A stretch of 30,335 nt of DNA from Candidatus Micrarchaeia archaeon. GTDB lineage: Archaea; Micrarchaeota; Micrarchaeia; Anstonellales; J096. How positions within the stretch are numbered: position 1 is the stretch's first letter; each line of letters opens with the position of its first letter. Positions 17,917 to 26,515 of this stretch are shown here, in pieces. The notes beneath the pieces were generated by a model that saw only the letters and a list, made by a program, of their open reading frames with translations, was not told the origin of the DNA and searched no databases. The position numbers and the translations under genes are program-made. The stretch covers positions 1 through 30,335 of the forward strand of contig JBGQMY010000015.1 in assembly GCA_041500865.1 (NCBI GenBank), written 5' to 3'.

Positions 17917-19989
17917 TCATCCAGTCCCTTGGTCTGAGCTTCCGCCCTGCTGCTGGGGGTTCTCGCACTTGCCATCAACATAATTGGTCCCGTATGGGCA
18001 GCACCATAATCCGAAACCGGTATAGTAGTCTCCGCTTGGGCAGCATACCTGGGGGTCATTTGAAAGGTCCATCCCGTTCGGGCAGCACCCTGTTGAAGTG
18101 ACTTGGTGATATCCATTCGCGCAGCACAGGGAATCGCTTGCCTGGAATGACCCAAGCGGGCATCCTGGATAGCATATGCCGTTGCCCCCCAGGATTTCTC
18201 CCTCGGGGCAATTGGGCACGCATTGTCCGTTTTCGCATGCCGTATCCCCGATGCAATAACTGGAGCCGCATTGCTCGTGGCATCCGCCGTCTGACCCCAT
18301 GACCTGCCCTTCAGGGCATCCTGGCTGGCACTGGCCATTGGTGCACTGGTCTGTCCCTGTGCAATATGTGTCTCCGCATGCCTCATGGCATTCGCCGTCG
18401 CTTCCCAAAACTTCCCCCTGCTGGCAATTGGGCACGCATTGTCCGAGGTCGCATATTGTATCGCCAGTGCAGTAGGCGGAACCGCATGCCTCATGGCATT
18501 CGCCGTCGTCTCCCAATATCTGCCCTGGGTCGCATTCGTTGGGGTTTACGCATGCCCCGTCTTCGCATACCTCTGATGGGGAGCAGTATCCGTTGCCGCA
18601 GATTTCATAGCACTGGCCGTTGCCCCCAAGGACGAATCCAGGGATGCAGTCGGAGCATTCGCCATTGATGCACGTCTTGTCTCCGGTGCAGTATGTGTCC
18701 CCGCATGCCTCATGGCACTGGCCGTCCGTTCCCAGCACATCCCCTTCTATGCAGCCGGAGCATTGGCCGTTGACGCATTTGGAATCCCCTAAGCAGTATC
18801 CGTTGCCGCATTGCTCGTGGCACTGGCCGTCCGTTCCAAGGACATATCCGGCATTGCAGCCTATGCACTGCTCGCCATCAACGCATACTGCATCAGAGCC
18901 GCAGTATCCGTCCCCGCATGCCTCATGGCACTGTCCGTCAACCCCCATAATCTCCCCGGCTCCGCATGATCTGCACTCGTCAGCCCAGCATTCCTCGTCC
19001 CCAACGCAATAGGTGTCCCCGCATGCCATATGGCACAGCCCGTCTTCGCCCAGGACGTTTCCTATCTCGCATTTGTTGCCGTTTTCGGGATGGCATCTGC
19101 CGTCCGTCCCAAGGTAATATCCATATTGGCAGCCAACGCATTGTCCATTGTAGCACTGCGCATCCCCCAGGCAATACCCGTTGCCGCATGCCTCATGGCA
19201 AAATCCGTCCGCTCCAAGCGCATATCCCTGCCCGCACCCGTCTGTTTGGCCGCCATTGTCAAAATAGCAGTTTCCGTCCTCAGCCAGATAATAGCCGGGG
19301 AAGCAATAAACGCATTTGCCGTTGTAGCATTCCTGGTTTCCTTCGCAGTACCCTGTTCCGCATTGCATGTGGCATAGCCCATCGCTGCCAAGGACATCTC
19401 CATCGGGGCATTGGTCCCCATTGCCGTTTTCAGGGTGGCATCTGCCGTCCGTCCCAAGGTAATATCCGGATTCGCAGCTTAGGCATTTGCCATAATAGCA
19501 TTGCGCATCCCCTTCGCAGTATCCTGTTCCGCATTGCTCATGGCAGTAATAGTCGTTTCCAGGAACCTCGCCAGGCGGGCATTGGTAATCCTCATTGCCG
19601 TTCTCAGGCTGGCATTGGCCCGCGTCATCCATCACATAGCCGTTTGGGCAGCCTTGCTGGCTGTCGCCTTCCTTATGGCAATAGCCGTCGGTGCCGAGGT
19701 ACTGGCCGGCCTGGCACGCCACGCATACGCCATCATAGCACCAGGCGTCGGCAGGGCAGGCGGTTTGCCCGCATTGCTCCTGGCAAGAGCCGTCCTGGCC
19801 AACAGCATACCCGTCAGGGCATGCGGTGTTTCCGGTATTGTCAGAATAACAAATGCCGTCGGACAGCAGATAGCCCTGGCTGCATGACAGGCACTGGCTG
19901 CTGTAGCATTGCTGATTATTAGTGCAGTATGACGTTCCGCATTCTGCATGGCAAAGGCTGTCCTGCCCAAGCATAAAACCCGGGGGGCA
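17917..19989 (-). repeat. Intragenic Cys-rich tandem repeat region
   Basis: Units such as CQQGEVLGSDGECHEACGDTYCTGTDQCTNGQC. Identical 32-bp DNA copies at 19091-19122 and 19436-19467. Confidence 0.9.
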
Positions 19990-21264
19990 TGAACGTTCCC
20001 CGCCGCTCATCTTCGGGATGCCTTCCGCGTTTTGGCATTGGTGCGCGTTAACCCCGCATTCCTGGCCCCGCTTGCAATCTTTGTTGCTGTTGCAGTATCC
20101 CCTGTCCAGGTCGCATTTTCCGGTCGTTTTGTTGAATGTCTGCCATGATTCGCAAAAAACCGGCGCTTTGCATAGGTTGAAGCCCTTGTCTATGCATGGC
20201 CACGGGTCTATCTCAGTGCCATTGACCACATATTCAAGGTGCAGGTACGGCCCTGCGGCCCCGCCGGTCGAGCCTACGGTGCCTATCGGGTTGCATGTGC
20301 TGGCTTTCTGGCCGATTTTCAGGCCAAGGGACTGCGGGCTGTTCTTCATAAGATGGGCGTATAGCACTGTTGCTCCGTCGTCATTTCGTATCATCACATA
20401 CTGGCCCCACCCGGTTTTCCTTGAGTAGCGGTTTGTCTGGAGCTGGGTCGGGTATTGTGTCGCGTTCTCGTCAAACCCAATTGCCACGACTGTTCCTGGA
20501 GCGACAGGGAACACCTGGTCTTCAAGCTTGGCCTTGAGGTCAACGCCGAAGTATACAGTTTCGCCATCAGAGCCGTTTGCAATGACAAGATTGCCCCTTA
20601 GCGGCGAGCCGACAAATGCGGCCTTGCACCTGGAATTGTCTGCCTGCGCGTTTGGGGCTGCCGCCCCTGCGCCGGATTCCATGGATGCCACCATTACGGC
20701 TGCCTCATAATCGCCTTTTGCATTCCTTGTGTTTACGAATGCCTCCTTGGGCAGGGTAATCTCAACTGTCGTTGAATTGGACGTGGAGGCGACTGGCTCA
20801 AACGCATCGATGAAGTCATAGCCATTGTCCTGGAATATCCTGACAAAAGCCTGCACCTTGGAATTGCCGTCCAGCTTGTTTGTGAAATTCTCGGGCAGCG
20901 CAATTGCCACCACCGTATCGGCAAGCGGGGCGCGGCTTCCTGTGCTTATTATCACTTCGTCAGTCCACTGCTCCAGGGAGAACAGCTCCGCAGTGGCATT
21001 GAAATCCGCTTCATTGGCCCTTTCCAGCGTAACGGATTGCGGATTGTTGAATGCGCCTGACGGGAATGCCGCGGTTGCAAAGCCTTTAAGCTCCATTGTC
21101 CCCCCCTGGGCCGGGATTGTCGATGTTGCAACGCTTCCTGTGTTGAGGCAGCCGCTCAGGGCAGCCATGGCTATAATCAAGAGACAAAAACTTGTTCCTA
21201 ACGTCGTGCACTCGCCCTTTCCGGCAACTCCGATATCCCCATGCCCGCCCAAATGCCTTGCCAT
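17917..21264 (-). CDS. Large secreted/lipid-anchored protein: beta-rich N-domain, M23-peptidase-like domain and Cys-rich repeats (~1115 aa)
   Basis: ATG 21264 follows an AGGTGG RBS. A hydrophobic stretch ends in the lipobox LSGC. M23 signature GVDL..V..VAPGTVV..GWGQYVMI..YAHL..IGTVGSTG..GPYLHLE..NG..IDP. About 20 CxxGxxxGxDGxC units. Confidence 0.85.
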   Translation of the reverse strand: MARHLGGHGDIGVAGKGECTTLGTSFCLLIIAMAALSGCLNTGSVATSTIPAQGGTMELKGFATAAFPSGAFNNPQSVTLERANEADFNATAELFSLEQWTDEVIISTGSRAPLADTVVAIALPENFTNKLDGNSKVQAFVRIFQDNGYDFIDAFEPVASTSNSTTVEITLPKEAFVNTRNAKGDYEAAVMVASMESGAGAAAPNAQADNSRCKAAFVGSPLRGNLVIANGSDGETVYFGVDLKAKLEDQVFPVAPGTVVAIGFDENATQYPTQLQTNRYSRKTGWGQYVMIRNDDGATVLYAHLMKNSPQSLGLKIGQKASTCNPIGTVGSTGGAAGPYLHLEYVVNGTEIDPWPCIDKGFNLCKAPVFCESWQTFNKTTGKCDLDRGYCNSNKDCKRGQECGVNAHQCQNAEGIPKMSGGERSCPPGFMLGQDSLCHAECGTSYCTNNQQCYSSQCLSCSQGYLLSDGICYSDNTGNTACPDGYAVGQDGSCQEQCGQTACPADAWCYDGVCVACQAGQYLGTDGYCHKEGDSQQGCPNGYVMDDAGQCQPENGNEDYQCPPGEVPGNDYYCHEQCGTGYCEGDAQCYYGKCLSCESGYYLGTDGRCHPENGNGDQCPDGDVLGSDGLCHMQCGTGYCEGNQECYNGKCVYCFPGYYLAEDGNCYFDNGGQTDGCGQGYALGADGFCHEACGNGYCLGDAQCYNGQCVGCQYGYYLGTDGRCHPENGNKCEIGNVLGEDGLCHMACGDTYCVGDEECWADECRSCGAGEIMGVDGQCHEACGDGYCGSDAVCVDGEQCIGCNAGYVLGTDGQCHEQCGNGYCLGDSKCVNGQCSGCIEGDVLGTDGQCHEACGDTYCTGDKTCINGECSDCIPGFVLGGNGQCYEICGNGYCSPSEVCEDGACVNPNECDPGQILGDDGECHEACGSAYCTGDTICDLGQCVPNCQQGEVLGSDGECHEACGDTYCTGTDQCTNGQCQPGCPEGQVMGSDGGCHEQCGSSYCIGDTACENGQCVPNCPEGEILGGNGICYPGCPLGSFQASDSLCCANGYHQVTSTGCCPNGMDLSNDPQVCCPSGDYYTGFGLWCCPYGTNYVDGKCENPQQQGGSSDQGTG

Positions 21265-21275
21265 GTCAGTTCCAC

Positions 21276-22052
21276 CTAGTAAGTGAATTTGCACCCCTTC
21301 AATTTTGCTGCCTCGTCGTTCAATACCGCATTGAAATCCTGCTCGGAAACGGGATTTACGCCCGAATAGGCATAATTCAGGGTCCCATTGCCGTATATGG
21401 AGATATTGTACCCAAGATAAAGGCCATTGTACCTCTTGAATACGAAATTGTATGGGGAGTGCGGGCCCATAACCATAGTGTAAATGCCTGGGCTCGTCTC
21501 TTTTATCTGCTGCCCGTATGCCGGAGGGATGTATCCCCCCGACCTGTTGCTTGTTCCCTCCATTGTCAGGAACATGCCCAAGTCCCCAAGGTCGCTGTCC
21601 CCGGAAAGGGTATTGTAGAAATCCGCCTTGGCTGCAACCGCGGAGCATTGCCCATTCACAGTGGCGCTCTTGTAATACGTGCCGTTGGCATAGACGACAG
21701 TGTCAACCAGGGATTGCGAATCATTGTACAGGAAATGCACATAATCCATGCTAATGAGGTCAAGATACGTGATGCTGTAAAAATGCGCCTGTTTTTTGAA
21801 GTCGGCAGACTCCATGCTCAGGTCGCCCCTGAACTTGACTATTCGGTAGTCCTGGCTCTGCTGTACATTGTTCTTCGGGAATGCGGGGCAGCATGTGCTG
21901 TTGGCAACGGCCGTCACCGAAGAGGCGTTCCCCAATTTAGTGATATTGCCAAGCGCGAAGAATGCCACGCCGCCTAGCATTATTGCGCTTATGATGGCGC
22001 ATGCGAGAAACAATATCAGGATGGCGATTATAATCAGGTATTTGGTTTCCAT
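21276..22052 (-). CDS. Membrane-anchored extracellular protein (~258 aa)
   Basis: ATG 22052 after a GGGTG RBS. N-terminal hydrophobic helix followed by a Tyr/Asn-rich beta domain with several N-x-S/T sequons. Its stop lies 11 nt upstream of the M23/Cys-rich gene. Confidence 0.8.
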   Translation of the reverse strand: METKYLIIIAILILFLACAIISAIMLGGVAFFALGNITKLGNASSVTAVANSTCCPAFPKNNVQQSQDYRIVKFRGDLSMESADFKKQAHFYSITYLDLISMDYVHFLYNDSQSLVDTVVYANGTYYKSATVNGQCSAVAAKADFYNTLSGDSDLGDLGMFLTMEGTSNRSGGYIPPAYGQQIKETSPGIYTMVMGPHSPYNFVFKRYNGLYLGYNISIYGNGTLNYAYSGVNPVSEQDFNAVLNDEAAKLKGCKFTY

Positions 22053-22148
22053 ATGCACCCTGGAAGGGTATAAACAAGAAACATTAAAAACGTTTGCAGC
22101 GCATTGGCTCCGATACATAAAAGAAATTAAAGAAGGAAGGGAAATGCT

Positions 22149-23468
22149 TCAGAGGTTGATGTCTATCTCAAGCTCCTTCTTCAGCTCCCTGTACCTGTTC
22201 CTTATCGTGACTTCCGTCACGCCTGCGACGTCCGCGACCTCCTTCTGCGTCCGCTTCTCGTTCTTCATAGCGGCCGCGATGTAGAGCGCGGCTGCCGCAA
22301 CGCCAGTCGGCCCCCTTCCGGAGATGAGGCCCTTCTTCAGCGACTTCTTTATTATCTCAATCGCCATCATCTGCACATCCCTGCTGAGGTTCAGCACGAC
22401 GGCGAATTTGGGCACGTAAGCGCTCGGGTCCGTAAGCGGGATGTCAAGCTCAAGCTCCTTCTTCAGGAACCTGTAAGCCCTGCCAATCTCCTTCTTCTCC
22501 ACTCCGCTTATCTTGCTTATCTCATCCAACGTTCTTGGTATGCCGTATATCCTGCATGCCGCGTAAATGACGGCGGCAACGACGCTCTCAATGAGCCTTC
22601 CCCTTATGAGTTCGCTCTTGACTGCCTTCCTGTAGAGCGCGGCTATGTTCTCCTTTATGTTGTCCGGCAGCCCCAAAGAGCTTGCGACCCTGTCCAATTC
22701 GCCAAGGGCTATCGCGAGGTTCTTCTCGAAGCTGGACGCGATGCTTATCCTCTTGTGCCACTTCCTCATCCTGTGCAGCTGCGCCTGCAGCTTGCTGTCT
22801 ATCTTCGCGCCCCTTATGTCCTTGTTGTACTGGTCTATTTCCGTTACAAGGCCCTTGTTCGGCCTCATGAGCTTGGTTGGGCCTCCCGTCCTTGCCCTCT
22901 TGTCCTTTTGCTCTGAGTCAAACGCCCTCCATTCAGGGCCGAAGTCAGTTAGCGCGTCAGTTATGACCAATCCGCAGGTCCTGCATATTATCTCGCCCCT
23001 TTCATAGTCCCGTATGAGGTTTGAGCCCCCGCATTCCGGGCACTTCTTGACCGTCTCGTCGCTCTCCTCGACCTGGGTCGGCGGCGGATGGTGCATATGG
23101 CGGTGCTCCTGCCTTTCGCCGTACGCCTCGCGTATGGGCGGATGGTGCGGCGCGCTTATTATCTCGGCAATGCGCGGCTCCTCGTAAACCGGCTGCACCG
23201 GTTCCGGCTCGGGCCTTTGCGCCTGCTTCTTTATCTGTTTCTGTTTTGGCTTGCCCTTTCCTTTCATCCTGTTGGGCTTGCTTTTCTCCTTGGGCCGGGC
23301 CTTTGCCTTCAATTTATGCTTCGCAGGCTTCGGCCTTGCCCTAAGCGCCTTGTGCGACTTTTTTGGAACGTGCCTGATTGTCTTCACCGTCTTTTTCGTG
23401 ATTTTCTTCTTGATTTTGGGCTTAACGGCTTTCTTCGTTGCCGCCTTCTTCCTTTTCTGTTTTTTCAT
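22149..23468 (-). CDS. tfb: Transcription initiation factor IIB with long basic N-terminal extension
   Basis: CPECGG..RGEIICRTCGLV zinc ribbon, D.GPEWRAF B-reader, two cyclin repeats (GRLIES.., GRGPTGVAAAALY, VTEVTIRNRYREL), GGTGG RBS. Confidence 0.95.
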   Translation of the reverse strand: MKKQKRKKAATKKAVKPKIKKKITKKTVKTIRHVPKKSHKALRARPKPAKHKLKAKARPKEKSKPNRMKGKGKPKQKQIKKQAQRPEPEPVQPVYEEPRIAEIISAPHHPPIREAYGERQEHRHMHHPPPTQVEESDETVKKCPECGGSNLIRDYERGEIICRTCGLVITDALTDFGPEWRAFDSEQKDKRARTGGPTKLMRPNKGLVTEIDQYNKDIRGAKIDSKLQAQLHRMRKWHKRISIASSFEKNLAIALGELDRVASSLGLPDNIKENIAALYRKAVKSELIRGRLIESVVAAVIYAACRIYGIPRTLDEISKISGVEKKEIGRAYRFLKKELELDIPLTDPSAYVPKFAVVLNLSRDVQMMAIEIIKKSLKKGLISGRGPTGVAAAALYIAAAMKNEKRTQKEVADVAGVTEVTIRNRYRELKKELEIDINL

Positions 23469-23619
23469 CTTCCCACCAAAAGTAAGTTTTTTAAATTTAC
23501 TCTTTTGTATTATTTATTCCTCTTTTTAAACATTTCTGGTATTTTACGTTTAATTGTGTATAAAATAAGGCAAAACCATGCAAAACCCTTTTTAAATTTC
23601 CGCCCCATCAGCCTACACC

Positions 23620-24594
23620 ATGTTACCGGCACTGTTGGCCGCGGTGGCGCTTTCGCTCGCCGTGTCCTACTCAGTCTTGAGCTTCATTGTGCCGCGGCTG
23701 CTTGACGCCGGCATGTCAGGGAAGGACGTCAACAAGCCCAACACGCCGACCGTCGCGGAGATGGGGGGCCTCGGCGCCGTGGCAGGCCTGTTCTTTTCGG
23801 TGCTGCTGTTCGCCCTGCTTGGAGCCGCGTTCTCAACGCTTGCCATAAGCCCGGCGACGCTGTTCGCCATCGTGCTGTCCGCATGCATGCTGTCATTCAT
23901 AGGGGCCATTGACGACCTTGTTTCCATACCGCAATTGCCAAAGGCGTTCATACCCATGGCCGCGTCCATACCGATGATGGTGGCAATGCTTGGCGGGGCC
24001 ACGTCCATCCACATTCCGTTGCTTGGCATCGTGGGCTTCGGCATCCTCTATTATGCGGTCATCGCGCTTGCGATAACGGTTTCCTCAAACCTGACCAACA
24101 TGCTTGCAGGCTTCAACGGCCTGGAATACGGCATGGCCATTCCGATGTATCTGGGCATTTTGGCAATCTCCGCACTTGCCGGCAACCAGACTGTCGCCCT
24201 TGTCGCAGCAGCCGCGCTTGGCGCATTCCTGGCGGGCTTTGCCTTCGGCTTCCCTAAGGCCAGGGCATTCCCAGGGGACACGGCTACGCTTTTGATAGGC
24301 GGGCTCCTGGCTGTCTTGATGGTTGCAGGCAGGATGGAGATGTATGCGGTAGTCTTTGTTCCTTATTTAATTGACTTTGCCATAAAGGCATGGAACGGCT
24401 TCCCTTCCTCAGACTGGTGGGGAAAATGGAAGAATGGGAAGCTCTACTGCCCCGGCGAAAGGCCCAGGGGGTTTGCCCAGCTTGTCATGAAACTGTTTAA
24501 TGGCATAGAGGAGCAGAAACTGGTTTTGTTCTTCATTGGCCTTGAGACGCTCTTTGCTGCCGCAGGGGTGCTGCTGTTCGTTTTCAGGCTATAG
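23620..24594 (+). CDS. Polyprenyl-phosphate GlcNAc-1-phosphate transferase (GPT/AglH, MraY-like family)
   Basis: GKDVNKP..VAEMGG, IGAIDDL, SNLTNMLAGFNGLE and FPGD motifs, about 10 TM helices, TTTTAAA box upstream. Confidence 0.88.
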   Translation: MLPALLAAVALSLAVSYSVLSFIVPRLLDAGMSGKDVNKPNTPTVAEMGGLGAVAGLFFSVLLFALLGAAFSTLAISPATLFAIVLSACMLSFIGAIDDLVSIPQLPKAFIPMAASIPMMVAMLGGATSIHIPLLGIVGFGILYYAVIALAITVSSNLTNMLAGFNGLEYGMAIPMYLGILAISALAGNQTVALVAAAALGAFLAGFAFGFPKARAFPGDTATLLIGGLLAVLMVAGRMEMYAVVFVPYLIDFAIKAWNGFPSSDWWGKWKNGKLYCPGERPRGFAQLVMKLFNGIEEQKLVLFFIGLETLFAAAGVLLFVFRL

Positions 24595-24615
24595 CTTCGG
24601 CAAGCGCAGGTGTTT

Positions 24616-25068
24616 TTAGCGCTGCCTGATTTTTTTGAGAAATAACAGCGTCTTTTCGTTTCCGCTTAGCTTGGCAAGCATTTCCACAATGTCAAGCTCC
24701 ACATGCGACAGGGCAATTGATTCTGCGGTTTTGCCTTCCGCATCCTCCAAGTCCAAGCGCGCTCCGTTTTTAATGAGAAATTTGCATGTTTTCATGTCTC
24801 CTTTCCCTGCGGCATGCATGAGCGCGGTCCTACCCATCCGATTCCTTGCATCCACATCCGCGCCCTTCTTTACCAGCCGCCTGATGGTTGCGGGGCTATA
24901 ATGTGATGGGCTGGCATTCCTCAGCAGGTTCCTGTTTAGCCAATCCTGCTCTTTATCCGATATTTTCATCTTTTTTGGCGCAAGGATATCCATCGCCTTT
25001 TTTCCAATTCTCTTAGTTGCATCAAATGCCCTTCCAAAAAACCTTTTGGTCTCTTGCTGCTTTTCCAT
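24616..25068 (-). CDS. Ankyrin repeat protein (paralogue 4)
   Basis: GADVDARNRMGRTALMHAAGKG and GARLDLEDAEGKTA repeats, TTTTTAAA ~24 nt upstream. Confidence 0.88.
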   Translation of the reverse strand: MEKQQETKRFFGRAFDATKRIGKKAMDILAPKKMKISDKEQDWLNRNLLRNASPSHYSPATIRRLVKKGADVDARNRMGRTALMHAAGKGDMKTCKFLIKNGARLDLEDAEGKTAESIALSHVELDIVEMLAKLSGNEKTLLFLKKIRQR

Positions 25069-25100
25069 AATCTGACACGTATCACAAACGGTTTAAAAAA

Positions 25101-25823
25101 TTATAGCTTCCCGCCGAACAAATTATGGTAAACCTCTATTGAGGCAAAGGAGTCCCTGAAATGCTCATACTCCTTGACTGTCCCGATGTCCTTCCAGAAC
25201 TCCTTTGTGACGTAGTAGTTGACAGGCTTGCCGCTTTCCATTAGTTTCGGAATGACGTCCGTTGACATGTCGTCGCCTTCCTCTATGTAACCCAGTATCT
25301 TCCTGTCAACCGCGTATATCGCGGTGTTCACCAGGTTTGAGAACGTCGGCTTTTCCCTGAATCCGGTGACGCTGTTGTCGTCAACGTCCACAATGCCGTA
25401 TTCGCTTATGTGGCTTATCTCCGCCAGCGCAATCGTGACAATGGACCTGCTTTTGACGTGGTAATCGTACAGCGCCCTCAGGCTTGCGTCAGTTATGTGG
25501 TCTGCCATGGCAAGCACGAAATGGTCCTTGAGCCTGTCTTTGACCGCGAGCAGGGCCCCGCCCGTGCCCAGCGGGGTCTCCTCTATTGAATACGCTATGC
25601 CGACCCCGAACCTCTTGCCGTTGCCGAAATGCCTCTCTATCATCTCGTGCTTGTAGCCGGCGCATATCGTTATGTCCGTGAAGCCGTTCCTCTTCAGGTT
25701 GGCCACCGTGTATTCCAGTATCGGCTTTGAGCCGAGCATGAGCATCGGCTTCGGCGCCGCGTCTGTGTAGGGCCTTAGCCTTTGGCCCCTTCCGCCCGCA
25801 AGTATCACTGCCTGGTTTTCCAT
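25101..25823 (-). CDS. Sugar-phosphate nucleotidyltransferase (NTP_transferase family)
   Basis: AVILAGGRGQRLRPYT..PKPML, EETPLGTGG, FREKP, WKDIGT motifs. Confidence 0.92.
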   Translation of the reverse strand: MENQAVILAGGRGQRLRPYTDAAPKPMLMLGSKPILEYTVANLKRNGFTDITICAGYKHEMIERHFGNGKRFGVGIAYSIEETPLGTGGALLAVKDRLKDHFVLAMADHITDASLRALYDYHVKSRSIVTIALAEISHISEYGIVDVDDNSVTGFREKPTFSNLVNTAIYAVDRKILGYIEEGDDMSTDVIPKLMESGKPVNYYVTKEFWKDIGTVKEYEHFRDSFASIEVYHNLFGGKL

Positions 25824-25824
25824 C

Positions 25825-26457
25825 CTAAATCATCCCCATGCTGTGGAGCAGAATCGCAAGCGCCCCTCCGAAAGCCGAGCCTGCCATGTTGCTCGTGCCC
25901 TTGCTGCCGAATCCCCTTTCCTCAAAATGGCCCGCCACGCTGTCCGCAAGCGAGCCGGCGAGCCCGCAGATGCCCACCATGAACGCCTGCGAGGGCGTTA
26001 TGCCGAACAGGTATGCCGCGGACATGCCCATTATCAGCCCGCCTGTCAGCGAGGCCAGCGTACCGGTCATGCTTATGCCGCCGTTTACGCCCGGCTTCAC
26101 CTTGCTGAACCCGAGTATGTCGTAGACGTCCTTGTCTATCACGCCTATCTCGGACGACATCTTGTCCGCCATTATTGACGCCACGCTGCCAAGGAACGGG
26201 AATATGCCGTAAATGCCGGAAACGGCAGCGAAGATTACGGGCATCACGCCGTTGGAGAAGACGTTCTGCCACCCCCTCGTGTAGTCGTAGAGGCCAAGGC
26301 TCTTCTTCTGGTTGTACTCGTAGCTTGTTATGTAGGCGGAGACAAGCAGGAATATGGCCATCATTATCACGCCGTTGATGCCGATGAACTGGTTTATGAG
26401 CAGGCCGAGCGCAATGGCAAGAACCACGCCTATGCTGTTGAGGGTGAACATCTGCAT
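25825..26457 (-). CDS. DUF92/TMEM19 family membrane protein
   Basis: RGWQNVFSNG, ADKMSSEIG, V.PGVNGGIS..G, GSLADSVAG motifs. Confidence 0.85.
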   Translation of the reverse strand: MQMFTLNSIGVVLAIALGLLINQFIGINGVIMMAIFLLVSAYITSYEYNQKKSLGLYDYTRGWQNVFSNGVMPVIFAAVSGIYGIFPFLGSVASIMADKMSSEIGVIDKDVYDILGFSKVKPGVNGGISMTGTLASLTGGLIMGMSAAYLFGITPSQAFMVGICGLAGSLADSVAGHFEERGFGSKGTSNMAGSAFGGALAILLHSMGMI

Positions 26458-26515
26458 ATGCGAATCCTTGGCTGGCGGTGTTTTTAAATTATGCCTTTGC
26501 CTTCAGATGCCCAGC

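Noticed and set aside
17572..18101. Several short ORFs across the palindromic intergenic region
   Set aside because: Low-complexity K/F-rich translations of A/T tracts with no supporting signals.
17917..19989. Regularly spaced DNA repeats (e.g. CCGCATGCCTCATGGCA) resembling a CRISPR array or DGR template/variable repeats
   Set aside because: They are in-frame coding repeats (CHEACG) with conserved intervening sequence. There is no reverse transcriptase nearby and no adenine-specific mismatch pattern was noticed.
21265..21648. N-terminal 128 aa of the 1243-aa track ORF, suggesting a frameshift fusion with the upstream gene
   Set aside because: It overlaps the upstream gene in another frame. 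The upstream gene has its own stop, and ATG 21264 has an RBS followed by a signal peptide and lipobox.
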